Below, in pieces: positions 1 through 8,588 of a DNA stretch of 64,000 nucleotides. The position numbers were made by a program, and so were the translations under genes. Source of the DNA: Candidatus Latescibacterota bacterium (GTDB lineage: Bacteria; Latescibacterota; UBA2968; UBA8231). The stretch lies in contig CBDFJF010000002.1 of the NCBI GenBank assembly GCA_965248265.1, forward strand, positions 896,001 through 960,000, in the 5' to 3' direction. Each line of letters opens with the position of its first letter. The first letter of the stretch is position 1. The notes beneath the pieces are model-generated. The model saw nothing but the letters and a program-made list of their open reading frames with translations, searched no databases and was not told the origin of the DNA.

Positions 1-1833
1 GCGCTTGTCGATCGGGTTGCCGTGGCCGTCGACGAGGCGTGCGGCGTAAAAATGGGCTCCCCCGTCGACCGGGCCGTTGCCTCCGTCCTCGACGACGCCG
101 GACCAGAACACGGTGCGTCCGTTCTCATCGGTGGCCTTGAGCTCCAGCCAGACATCGTAGGCATCGACGGTACCGCCGGGGAAGAAGTGCCCGACGTTGC
201 GCGTGCGGACGACGACATCGATGCGGGTTTCGTCCCCACGATGGACTTCGATGTCCGCTACATCCAGAGGTGCCCAAACCGGTGCCAGTTCATGCCGTCG
301 CCCTCCTCCGCGCCCGACCGGCATGGCTGCTTCTTCTCCCGCGGCGAAGGTACTAGCCAGCTGCGGCGTTTTCCTGCGTCCACCCGCTTCCGATCCAGGT
401 CTACTGTCGTTGGCGCGTACCGGGCCGGCGGCGAAAATGTCGACGCTGATTTGCTCATGCTGCAAAAACTCGATGGTGCGACGCAGCTGCGTCTCGTCGA
501 GGTTGGCGCTGGGCACGGCCGTGTTGGCGGCGAGGAATGAATGATCGTGGATGAGCCCATTGATGTTGCCGGGATCGTCTGAGCTGACCGTTGGCATGTG
601 ACAATCGCCGCAATCAAGCGGCGCCGATGGATAGTAAAAGGAGCGGGCTCCCTGCCCCGATACGCCCGAGGCCTGCCAGTTGTCGTATTCATTGAAGCCA
701 CGCAACCAGCGGTAGTCATTGACCGGTTCGTCGAGGTGGACCTTGTGGCAGGGAGAACAGAACTCGGCCGTCTGCTCCCGGTGAAACGGTTTGAGGAAAA
801 CCTGGCGATGCGGTTCCGGGTCGAGACGCAGGGCGTAATCATGAATCCAGCGCAGGGCGGCATTATCGCTGACCGCCAGATCGTGCAGCGGTGGGTACTC
901 GATGTGAAAGCCGCCGTTGCCCATGGAGCCGATGACCCGGGTGATGGCGTGGCAGGAGTTGCAGCCAATACCGGTATGGGCTTCCTGCGTTTCCAAGAAA
1001 GCCTCTACGGGCTCGTCCATCATGCCGTTGAAGAGGACGGCGTGGTCGTGACAGCCAGCGCACCACTTGGAAGCCTGGACTGCACCGATGTTCTGCATGT
1101 ACTCGATGCTCTTGCGATACCATTGATTGTTGAACGACGAGAAATGGTGAGCTGAGCCCTGCCACTGCTCATAGATGTCGCTGTGGCAACGGCTGCACGA
1201 CTTTGAGGTCATGAAGAAGTCGGAGGGAATGCGGCCGCCCGTGGAGGTAGCCGCCGAGGACGGAAAAAACGGTCCATCGGCGCCTCCCATCGATTCATCC
1301 GTCATCGCGAACGGCGGTTGCGCCGGGTTGAGGATCAGGTCATCACCCGGTCCGGTGACAACCCCCGAACTGACTATTAGAAGTACGACGATAGCAGATG
1401 CAACTACACCGAGGCTACTGATGCGCAGAGCCCAGTCGGCAATCGCGTAGGATGAGCGAGCGGACACCAGGGCGGACAATGCGAACAACACCGCCAGACA
1501 GGCCAGGCCGATATGCAGATGAAGAATCCAACTCGTGGCGCGGGTATTGTGCAGTTCGACGAGGACGAGGGCGGCGACCACGGAGGCAACGAACAGTACC
1601 AGGGCGATCCTGCCCAAGGTCCTGGTGATGCCCTCGACAGCTCGAAGCCCTCGCCGCGCCAGCCAGGCGAACATGATCGCCAGGACCAGGCCTCCGAAGT
1701 GGTGTGCGAAGACACCGGTCACGTAAAAGGCGTCGGGGGATGAGACGACGCCCAGGTAAGCACTGTGGACGAGGTACAGCGCTCCTGCTATGATGAGGAG
1801 TGATCGGTACCTACCTTGCCCTTGCAGCTTCAT
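1..1833 (-). CDS. Membrane-anchored multiheme (at least 5 CxxCH) c-type cytochrome, cytochrome c554-like; 3' end lies beyond the window edge
   Basis: Not in the ORF track because there is no stop inside the window. Manual translation from ATG 1833 (ATGA overlap with the upstream stop) gives MKLQGQGRYRSLLIIAGALYLVHSAYL, N-terminal hydrophobic segments, then CSRCH, CAGCH, CNSCH, CSPCH and CGDCH, followed by HSFLAANTA and VGHFFPGGTVD, in frame to position 1. Confidence 0.85.
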   Translation of the reverse strand, partial: MKLQGQGRYRSLLIIAGALYLVHSAYLGVVSSPDAFYVTGVFAHHFGGLVLAIMFAWLARRGLRAVEGITRTLGRIALVLFVASVVAALVLVELHNTRATSWILHLHIGLACLAVLFALSALVSARSSYAIADWALRISSLGVVASAIVVLLIVSSGVVTGPGDDLILNPAQPPFAMTDESMGGADGPFFPSSAATSTGGRIPSDFFMTSKSCSRCHSDIYEQWQGSAHHFSSFNNQWYRKSIEYMQNIGAVQASKWCAGCHDHAVLFNGMMDEPVEAFLETQEAHTGIGCNSCHAITRVIGSMGNGGFHIEYPPLHDLAVSDNAALRWIHDYALRLDPEPHRQVFLKPFHREQTAEFCSPCHKVHLDEPVNDYRWLRGFNEYDNWQASGVSGQGARSFYYPSAPLDCGDCHMPTVSSDDPGNINGLIHDHSFLAANTAVPSANLDETQLRRTIEFLQHEQISVDIFAAGPVRANDSRPGSEAGGRRKTPQLASTFAAGEEAAMPVGRGGGRRHELAPVWAPLDVADIEVHRGDETRIDVVVRTRNVGHFFPGGTVDAYDVWLELKATDENGRTVFWSGVVEDGGNGPVDGGAHFYAARLVDGHGNPIDKR

Positions 1834-3233
1834 ATCCCAACGCCAGCCTGGCGGGCCAGTGCCCGCATCACCCCGGCCTGTTTCTCGGACATCTCCATCA
1901 GCCAGCTGCTCGTCCACTCCGGATCGTCAACGGCGTTGCGCCAGCGGTCCATCGACCATCTCATCGCCTCGCCGTCAAGATTGCGCATCCAGCTGGAAGG
2001 GTCGCTGAGCAGGGGCTTCAAGAAGAAACCAGGATCCAGTCCGATGCGAGCCGGCAGAATCCCTGTGAGCATGCCTCCGGCCTGCAGGGCAAAGGAGCGA
2101 TCGCGGCTCGCGGTCTGGCTCATCGTCTTCATCGACGACAACCAGACATCGACGAGATCCCTGTTGCGGGAGGCTGTGAGCATGAGGTTGGACAAACCAT
2201 GGTCCAGGTCGTACTCCTGACGCCACTGCTGTTCGTACTCGGAGAGAAAAGCGGCACTGAAGTCTTCGGCCGAAAAGGCTTCCACGATACGCACGGAGGC
2301 CATTTTCGCCGTCTCCATGGCGACGGGAATTCCCTCTCCGTTCAGCGGGTCGGCGAAACAACCTGCATCGCCGATGAGCAGTCCTCTGTCGAAATAGCTG
2401 GCGCTGGCCCCACCATAGACGCCGATGCTCCAGCCTTTAGGTGTGTCGATGGTGGCTCCGGTGAAATCACGGTCAGCCGCCATGCGCAGGAGAAAATCTC
2501 GAGCCTCTTCGAAAAATCGAGGAAGGCTGAGCCGGTATTTCTTGATGGTTTCCGACATCATGCCGACGCCGAAGTTGATGCGCCCGTCCTTGATCGGTAC
2601 TGCCCAGGCGAATCCGGGGAAGTAGTCTCGGGTGTAGTAGAGGATGGCCTCGCGCAGCGGGAAGTCGTAACCATACCCTCTCATGACCGCACTGATATGT
2701 CGATCGTCACGCGTAATGCCGGCCGATTTCGCTACTACAGATTGCGCGCCGTCGGCGCCGACGATGAAACGGCTCTTGAGGGTGCGCACTTCCCCATCTG
2801 CGGTTTGCGCGTCGATGACGACGCCGTCGGTGGCAGTCGCGAACCCCGTCACGCGGCAATCCTGCAGGCTGTCGACTCCCAGCTCCAGAGCGTGCTCGAA
2901 CAGGAGGTTGTCGAGAATGTAGCGGGGAACGGCATACGAGTGATCGACATAACCGGGCACCGCCGGCAGGTAGCCATCGGAGAGGGGCTCTCCATCGAGG
3001 AAGGTTGCACACTTGCGGATCTTGAAATAACAAGAGTTCTCGAGTGGGGCCAGGCAATCGAGGTCGTCGAGGTGCCGCAGTGCTCTCGGGCTGAGGATAT
3101 CGCCGCAGGCCTTGTCACGCGGGAATCGCTGCTTGTCGACGAGGAGCGTCTCGAGTCCGGAATCGGCCAGATAAGCAGCCAGGGAGCTGCCCGCCGGTCC
3201 GGCGCCGACGATGACAACGTCGAAGGTTTTCAT
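1830..3233 (-). CDS. Geranylgeranyl reductase family FAD-dependent oxidoreductase
   Basis: DVVIVGAGPAGS dinucleotide fold, FPRDKACGD, VGADGAQS and IGDAGCFADPLNGEGI motifs; RBS-like AGAGGA upstream of ATG. Confidence 0.85.
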   Translation of the reverse strand: MKTFDVVIVGAGPAGSSLAAYLADSGLETLLVDKQRFPRDKACGDILSPRALRHLDDLDCLAPLENSCYFKIRKCATFLDGEPLSDGYLPAVPGYVDHSYAVPRYILDNLLFEHALELGVDSLQDCRVTGFATATDGVVIDAQTADGEVRTLKSRFIVGADGAQSVVAKSAGITRDDRHISAVMRGYGYDFPLREAILYYTRDYFPGFAWAVPIKDGRINFGVGMMSETIKKYRLSLPRFFEEARDFLLRMAADRDFTGATIDTPKGWSIGVYGGASASYFDRGLLIGDAGCFADPLNGEGIPVAMETAKMASVRIVEAFSAEDFSAAFLSEYEQQWRQEYDLDHGLSNLMLTASRNRDLVDVWLSSMKTMSQTASRDRSFALQAGGMLTGILPARIGLDPGFFLKPLLSDPSSWMRNLDGEAMRWSMDRWRNAVDDPEWTSSWLMEMSEKQAGVMRALARQAGVGI

Positions 3234-3411
3234 GAATCGGTCCTCTGTTATTGACCCGGCACACCCGAGAGATGGTGTAACAATGTATTTGTTTTGAAGT
3301 TGCAGCGGAAGTGTGTATATTGCGCAACGCTTCGAAGAACACTAGAAAATCGACACCATGCGGGAGCCTTGCTGGCGTCATCGAATCCATCCACAGTTGC
3401 GAGACAGAGCC

Positions 3412-3819
3412 ATGGCAAAAAAGAAAACGAGCAGTGAGTTGGTTGACAATCTCGCTGACATATGGGTCGAGATGTTTTCAGCGAGCATCAAAGCACCGAT
3501 GAGTCTCTTGGCAACCCAGATTGAGCTCGGAACGACCCTCGTAGACACCTTGTCGACGACAACTCAGAAAGCGGTTCAGAGTTACGTGCGTTCGGTGGAG
3601 AAGCTGACTGACGCGCTGGAGGGCAAGAAATCGGCCAAGAAGGAAGTGACCAAGAAGGAAGCGACCAAGAAGGAAGCGACCAAGAAGAAGGCACCCAAGA
3701 AGAAGGCACCCAAGAAGAAGGCACCCAAGAAGAAGGCACCCAAGAAGAAGGCACCCAAGAAGAAGGCACCCAAGAAGAAGGCACCCAAGAAGAAGGCACC
3801 GAAGAAGAAGAGCAAATAG
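3412..3819 (+). CDS. Small protein with amphipathic N-terminal helices and a histone H1-like Lys-rich pentapeptide tail
   Basis: Likely start is MAKKKTSS at 3412. The C-terminus is KKEVT-KKEAT-KKEAT-(KKKAP)8-KKKSK. Confidence 0.75.
   Translation: MAKKKTSSELVDNLADIWVEMFSASIKAPMSLLATQIELGTTLVDTLSTTTQKAVQSYVRSVEKLTDALEGKKSAKKEVTKKEATKKEATKKKAPKKKAPKKKAPKKKAPKKKAPKKKAPKKKAPKKKAPKKKSK
3637..3816 (+). repeat. 15-bp tandem repeat array, 12 units, including 8 near-identical AAGAAGAAGGCACCC copies at 3682-3801
   Basis: Directly visible in the sequence; encodes the Lys-rich tail. Confidence 0.95.
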
Positions 3820-3856
3820 CACCAATGAAGAAAGCAGTTCCTAAAAGGAAGTCTCG

Positions 3857-4618
3857 ATGAGTTCAGAAGACAGGATGCGACGGGAAGATCCCGAACGAGA
3901 TGCCCCTCGGCGAAGCTGGTTCGAAGGTTTTGACCGGCAACAGCCACCCTCCAACGGCCAGAGCGAAGCTGGAGGAACTGCCAACTCAGCCGCTGGCTGG
4001 CAAAATGCGGTGGAGCAGAGCGTGCGGATGGGGTACGAGGTCATCGACGCTCAAATCAAGGAAGGGCGTCGAGTGGCTGAGCAGTTGAGCGGACAGATGT
4101 CCTCCGGGGGGGGCGCCTACGGCTCCGACAGTATACGCGGCATGACTGACGGGTTCTTTCGCAGTTTCGCCGACCTGACGACACGTTGGCTCGAGGTCAT
4201 GTCCGCGTCGACTACCGGTATGGCCGGCCCCGGCAGCAACGCCTCTGCCAACCACGGAAGCGAGCAGCCATCGCAAAATGGCGTAGCGTCGGCCTCGTCA
4301 TCGAGTTCGGTGCCCGTGGCCATCGAAGTCGATTCCAAACGACCGACAACGGTCACCCTCGACTTGAGACCCGGTTCACAAGCGCGGGCGCTTGGTAACC
4401 AGCCGCTGTCGGATCCGGATCCCGACAAGCCACCTCTGCGCGATGTTCTATTCGAGCCCCCGGGAGATGACTCGCCCCTGACAATCAAGATTCGAGTGCC
4501 AGAGTCCCATCCTGCCGGGGTCTTCTCAGCCGTCGTCTTCGAGCGCGAGGGGGGGCAGCCTCAGGGCACCCTGAGCGTCGCCATCACCGATCCGCCTCCT
4601 TCCGAGAATTCTGCATGA
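3857..4618 (+). CDS. Hypothetical protein (helical N-terminal part, beta-rich C-terminal part)
   Basis: 253-aa ORF with RBS-like AAGGAAG upstream; its stop overlaps the ATG of the next gene (ATGA). Confidence 0.7.
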   Translation: MSSEDRMRREDPERDAPRRSWFEGFDRQQPPSNGQSEAGGTANSAAGWQNAVEQSVRMGYEVIDAQIKEGRRVAEQLSGQMSSGGGAYGSDSIRGMTDGFFRSFADLTTRWLEVMSASTTGMAGPGSNASANHGSEQPSQNGVASASSSSSVPVAIEVDSKRPTTVTLDLRPGSQARALGNQPLSDPDPDKPPLRDVLFEPPGDDSPLTIKIRVPESHPAGVFSAVVFEREGGQPQGTLSVAITDPPPSENSA

Positions 4619-5649
4619 CGACGGTCGAAGCGCCCCTGGTCGCCGAAGTTCTCGAGGAGTACGGCGAGGCAACGCGGGCTGCGCTGATCGACTACCTGCC
4701 CCGCAAAGAGCCCCGGCGTCACCTGTATGACCTGCTGCCCGAATATCCACACCGGGGTGGCAAGATGCTGCGACCCAGCCTCTGCATCGCCACTGCCCGC
4801 GCGTTCGGCGCACGCCTCGACGAGGCCCTGCGTTCGGCCGTGGCCATAGAGTTGCTGCACAACGCCATCCTGATACACGACGACATCGAGGACCAGAGCG
4901 AGGAGCGGCGCGGCAAGCCCACTATGCACATGCTGAGCGGCGTGCCTCTTGCCATCAATGTCGGAGACAGCCTGGCGCTCATGAGCCTGCGACCATTGAT
5001 GGACAACCAGAATGAGCTTGGCCCCTGGCTGTCTATTCAGATTCTGGAGGAAACGGAACGGGTCGCGCGGGAATCGGCGGAAGGCCAGGCCATGGAACTG
5101 GGCTGGCGCCGGGACAACTCCATGATGGTCAGTGACGAAGACTACCTGGAGATGATCCTGAAAAAGACCTGCTGGCTGATGGCGATCTATCCCAGTCGTG
5201 TCGGGGCCCTTATCGGCACGCGCGGCAACACTGATCTGGATGCCTTCATTCGGTTCGGATTCTTCGTAGGAGCAGCCTTCCAGATTCAAGACGATCTGTT
5301 GAATCTTGTAGGGGGGGAAAGCTACGGCAAAGAGCTCGACGGTGACTTGTATGAGGGCAAACGTACGCTGATGATGATCCGCCTCTTCAACGAGATGGAT
5401 GCGGACGAGGGCGCGCGTCTTGCCGCGATCCTGGAGCCGAGCAGGAATCAGCGGACCGAAGAGGAAGTCGGCTGGATACGAGATCGCATGGAGGTTTACG
5501 GCTGCATCGAACACGCTCGCCAGGTAGGCTATGGCCTGGCAGGGGCGGCACTGCACGAGTTCGAGCTGCTATACGGAGAGTTGCCTGACTCTCGCGACAA
5601 GCGTTTCATCGAAGAGCTGGTAACCTGGATGATCGAGAGGCCGTTTTGA
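4615..5649 (+). CDS. Polyprenyl synthetase (trans-isoprenyl diphosphate synthase) family protein
   Basis: GGKMLRP, ELLHNAILIHDDIED...RRGKPT, GQAMEL, KKT and FQIQDD motifs. Confidence 0.92.
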   Translation: MTTVEAPLVAEVLEEYGEATRAALIDYLPRKEPRRHLYDLLPEYPHRGGKMLRPSLCIATARAFGARLDEALRSAVAIELLHNAILIHDDIEDQSEERRGKPTMHMLSGVPLAINVGDSLALMSLRPLMDNQNELGPWLSIQILEETERVARESAEGQAMELGWRRDNSMMVSDEDYLEMILKKTCWLMAIYPSRVGALIGTRGNTDLDAFIRFGFFVGAAFQIQDDLLNLVGGESYGKELDGDLYEGKRTLMMIRLFNEMDADEGARLAAILEPSRNQRTEEEVGWIRDRMEVYGCIEHARQVGYGLAGAALHEFELLYGELPDSRDKRFIEELVTWMIERPF

Positions 5650-8588
5650 ACGATCTGCCCGATTTCAACCTGGCCAGAGGTGCAGCGAACCTTACATCGA
5701 GCCCCCCGTACGATCTTCCCGGGGTGTCGACGCGGGTGTTTCCCGTGCCCGCCTCTATCGACCGCCTGCGCGAGCTCTGCAACAAGTACCTGAACATCGC
5801 ACCTCCCGAAATCGCAGAGTTTCGTCCTTCGGTTCCGTATGTCTTCATCTTTCTCTCCTACTACCCGGAGATGAGTCAGGAAGTGTTGGCCGGTGGCTGG
5901 GTGGCGCAGAACGAGATCACCTTTTCCATTTTTCTCGATCGCTACCAGAAAGTCGATGGAGAGTACGTTTTTCAGGACAGCGGGTCGGTGTCGCCGTTCA
6001 TCTTCGTCGATCAGGAAACTTCGCAGGCAACCGGACGTGAGGTCTACGGTTGGCCCAAGGTGCAGGGGTGGGCTACCCCAGCGAACCCATGGCCCGAGTC
6101 CCCAGATTCCAGCGAGCCATTGGTCCGGGTGACCACGAATGTATTCCCGAAGGTGTTCAGGAATACCCGGATTGAAAAGCGAGTGTTTCTGGAGATCGAC
6201 CGCGAGACTCGGGGCAATGATCTGACGCGGAGTCCACCGAACTTTCGGTCCATTCTCAATCCATTATCGACTCTCGCGGAAATGGTCTCGAACGGAATGG
6301 ACCTGTGGTCGAAGACCATGGATCTGACCGCGGCATCCTCGGCGCGCGGGTACGACCCCCGGGAACTGGCGGCTCGTCCCGGAAAGCTGACGCAGATGTT
6401 CTCGGACCGGCTCCTATTCACGATGTTCAACACCTTCAACATCAAACAGTTTCGTGACGCCAAGGACACCGAACATATCTGCTACCAGGCACTGGTTAAT
6501 TCGCGGATTGAGGTAGTCCGTTACAACACCGGCAGTATGCTTGGCAACTCGGGGTTACTCCTTGGCGACCCCAGTGGCGGTTTCAGGATTCGCATGCACC
6601 GGTTTCCCAGCCTGCCCATCGTTCGCACTCTCGGCATCGAAGTTGAGCGACGGGAAGCTGGTCCCGAGGCGGAAGTGGCCATTTTGCGGCCGGAGTTCCC
6701 ATTCTGGCTCGAAGCGGATGTTCGCTACCAGGCAGGTAGAAACATATGCTGGCGGAGACGAGTTACTAAGGACGCAGACAAGGGTTGGTTCACATGCTCG
6801 GAAGAGGGGAAGTCCGTTCCCTATCGCAACGCGGATGGCGATCAGGAGGGCGAAGATGAGGCATACAACACCACTCGAGGTCCAGCAATCGTCTCGCTGC
6901 CGGGGCCATCGTTTACCTTCCCGGACGCCACGGTCAGGGTGCTGCCACTTCTGGCAAGCGAAGACCAGCTCGGGAGGTTCTGCGCCAAGTACCTGAATGG
7001 CCGAGACGATCCCCGAAACAAACTGACCGATGACGACGATCCCAAGATCCCAAAGGGGTTGGTTGATCAAGACGACTTTCGCTTCGAGCCCTATGGGCGA
7101 TACGTCTACATGCTGATATGGGGTTACGACCAAGTGTCATCAAAAACGGGCGATATCGGTGATTTTGCCAGTCACGACGTACGATTTTCAATACCGGTGA
7201 GGGTCTACGAGAAGAAAACGGAAGAATTGCTGACCATGGGCCTGGTGACCCCCTTCGTCTATTCCAACAGCGAGATAACCACCGTGACAGCGCGAGAGCT
7301 CTACGGGCTGCCCGTCTTGCGCTCAGTCATAACATCGCCTGAAGACCGCTGGCTCGAACGGCTCGGTCCCGAGCCAACGGTTAATCAGGGTTTGATGGAA
7401 TTGAGAGCTCCCGTGCTTGCTGACCAGCAGCAGGGTCCGCAAATGGAGTTTCGCCAGTTGATCGAAGTGTTTCAGGGGGATATAGGGTATCGCGTTGAGG
7501 GGGAGAGGGCACGAGAGGCCGGAAAAGCGTGGAGCAGAGTTCTTCTGGATGAGTTGAATTCAAAAGAAAAGAAACTGGACGACGACAAAGAAAATCCGAC
7601 CGGTAAAACCCCGTCCTCCAAATTAAAGGATGCGATGGCCCTCGCCCTTGAGCTGTTGGCCAACAAGAACCCGATCAACGAGTTCTCGCTGAAGCAATTC
7701 CGAGACGCCGGGGATCCGAGCAAGGCCTGCTATCAATCTATCGTTCGAACGCCGATGGAGATCGATCAGCTCCGTGACCTGCGCGAGATCGAGACTCAGA
7801 TGCACGTGTGCATTCACGAGATAGCCAGTCAACCTATCGTCGAAGAATTGGGCCTCGAAACGAAGGTAAAAGAGGGGGAGGACGAGACGCGTATTCTCGA
7901 GCCCGTGCGGCCCTTCTGGATGCGACTCGATCTCACCGTGGCTGAAGCGGAAAACATCTGGGTGGCGCACGACAAACACAATCGTAGCGGGTTCGCAAAC
8001 AATGGCTATTTGAAGATTAGAGATAATATCGGGGTCCGCGTGGACATGCTTGAGGGGATCAGAGAACGCAAACGCAACCCCAACGCACCTGCGCCGTCTT
8101 TCAGAGGCAAGGTTGACATACGAAGCAACCGCGTGCGGATGTGGGCGTTCTGGCTTCGACTCGCCAAGCGACAAAACTTGGCAGAGTGGGTCGAGCATTG
8201 GCGACGGTCTAACCCGCGTCTTCGTATGATGACCCTCGGGAAGGCAAAGGCGGCACTCGCCAGTATCGAGCCACAGCTGGTAATCGAGTGCATTCTGAGC
8301 GAGGAATGGGCCAACTGGGGAGCCTGCCGCAAATTCATGAGAGATTTCCTCAAGGACAATAAGGTCAAGACGAAACCGTATTTCTGCGTGCGGCGTGACT
8401 CTGCTGGCCATGCCGCCGACAGGGTATTTCCCAAGGCTGTCAACGACCGCGCGTACGCGCTGTCTGTGGACGATCTGGACGGCTGGTACCCAGGCGAAGA
8501 GACCAAACCTCAGCGCAAAAACATGCCCCGAAAAGGGGGTGACGACCCCAATCAAGAGCCCAATGAGCGACGCGGGCCCGGCGGCTAA
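5646..8588 (+). CDS. Large protein with two tandem acetoacetate-decarboxylase-like domains
   Basis: Internal duplication: PFIFVD...GREVYGWPK vs PFVYSN...ARELYGLP; NIKQFRDA...CYQALV vs SLKQFRDA...CYQSIV. Start overlaps the upstream stop. Confidence 0.7.
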   Translation: MNDLPDFNLARGAANLTSSPPYDLPGVSTRVFPVPASIDRLRELCNKYLNIAPPEIAEFRPSVPYVFIFLSYYPEMSQEVLAGGWVAQNEITFSIFLDRYQKVDGEYVFQDSGSVSPFIFVDQETSQATGREVYGWPKVQGWATPANPWPESPDSSEPLVRVTTNVFPKVFRNTRIEKRVFLEIDRETRGNDLTRSPPNFRSILNPLSTLAEMVSNGMDLWSKTMDLTAASSARGYDPRELAARPGKLTQMFSDRLLFTMFNTFNIKQFRDAKDTEHICYQALVNSRIEVVRYNTGSMLGNSGLLLGDPSGGFRIRMHRFPSLPIVRTLGIEVERREAGPEAEVAILRPEFPFWLEADVRYQAGRNICWRRRVTKDADKGWFTCSEEGKSVPYRNADGDQEGEDEAYNTTRGPAIVSLPGPSFTFPDATVRVLPLLASEDQLGRFCAKYLNGRDDPRNKLTDDDDPKIPKGLVDQDDFRFEPYGRYVYMLIWGYDQVSSKTGDIGDFASHDVRFSIPVRVYEKKTEELLTMGLVTPFVYSNSEITTVTARELYGLPVLRSVITSPEDRWLERLGPEPTVNQGLMELRAPVLADQQQGPQMEFRQLIEVFQGDIGYRVEGERAREAGKAWSRVLLDELNSKEKKLDDDKENPTGKTPSSKLKDAMALALELLANKNPINEFSLKQFRDAGDPSKACYQSIVRTPMEIDQLRDLREIETQMHVCIHEIASQPIVEELGLETKVKEGEDETRILEPVRPFWMRLDLTVAEAENIWVAHDKHNRSGFANNGYLKIRDNIGVRVDMLEGIRERKRNPNAPAPSFRGKVDIRSNRVRMWAFWLRLAKRQNLAEWVEHWRRSNPRLRMMTLGKAKAALASIEPQLVIECILSEEWANWGACRKFMRDFLKDNKVKTKPYFCVRRDSAGHAADRVFPKAVNDRAYALSVDDLDGWYPGEETKPQRKNMPRKGGDDPNQEPNERRGPGG

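Noticed and set aside
22-3254. Plus-strand ORFs 22-540, 598-1155 and 1800-3254
   Set aside because: Antisense shadows of the minus-strand cytochrome and reductase genes, which carry the real motifs.
3637-3816. Regular repeat array that could be mistaken for CRISPR
   Set aside because: 15-bp units without spacers, in frame within a coding sequence; no cas genes in the window.
3478-3947. Minus-strand repetitive ORFs (GCLLL, VPSSW and GAFFL repeats)
   Set aside because: Alternative readings of the same 15-bp repeat; the plus-strand gene fits the operon.
8395-8562. Long N-terminal extension of the flavoprotein overlapping the upstream gene
   Set aside because: The Rossmann motif begins right after ATG 8563; the extension is an ORF-caller artefact.
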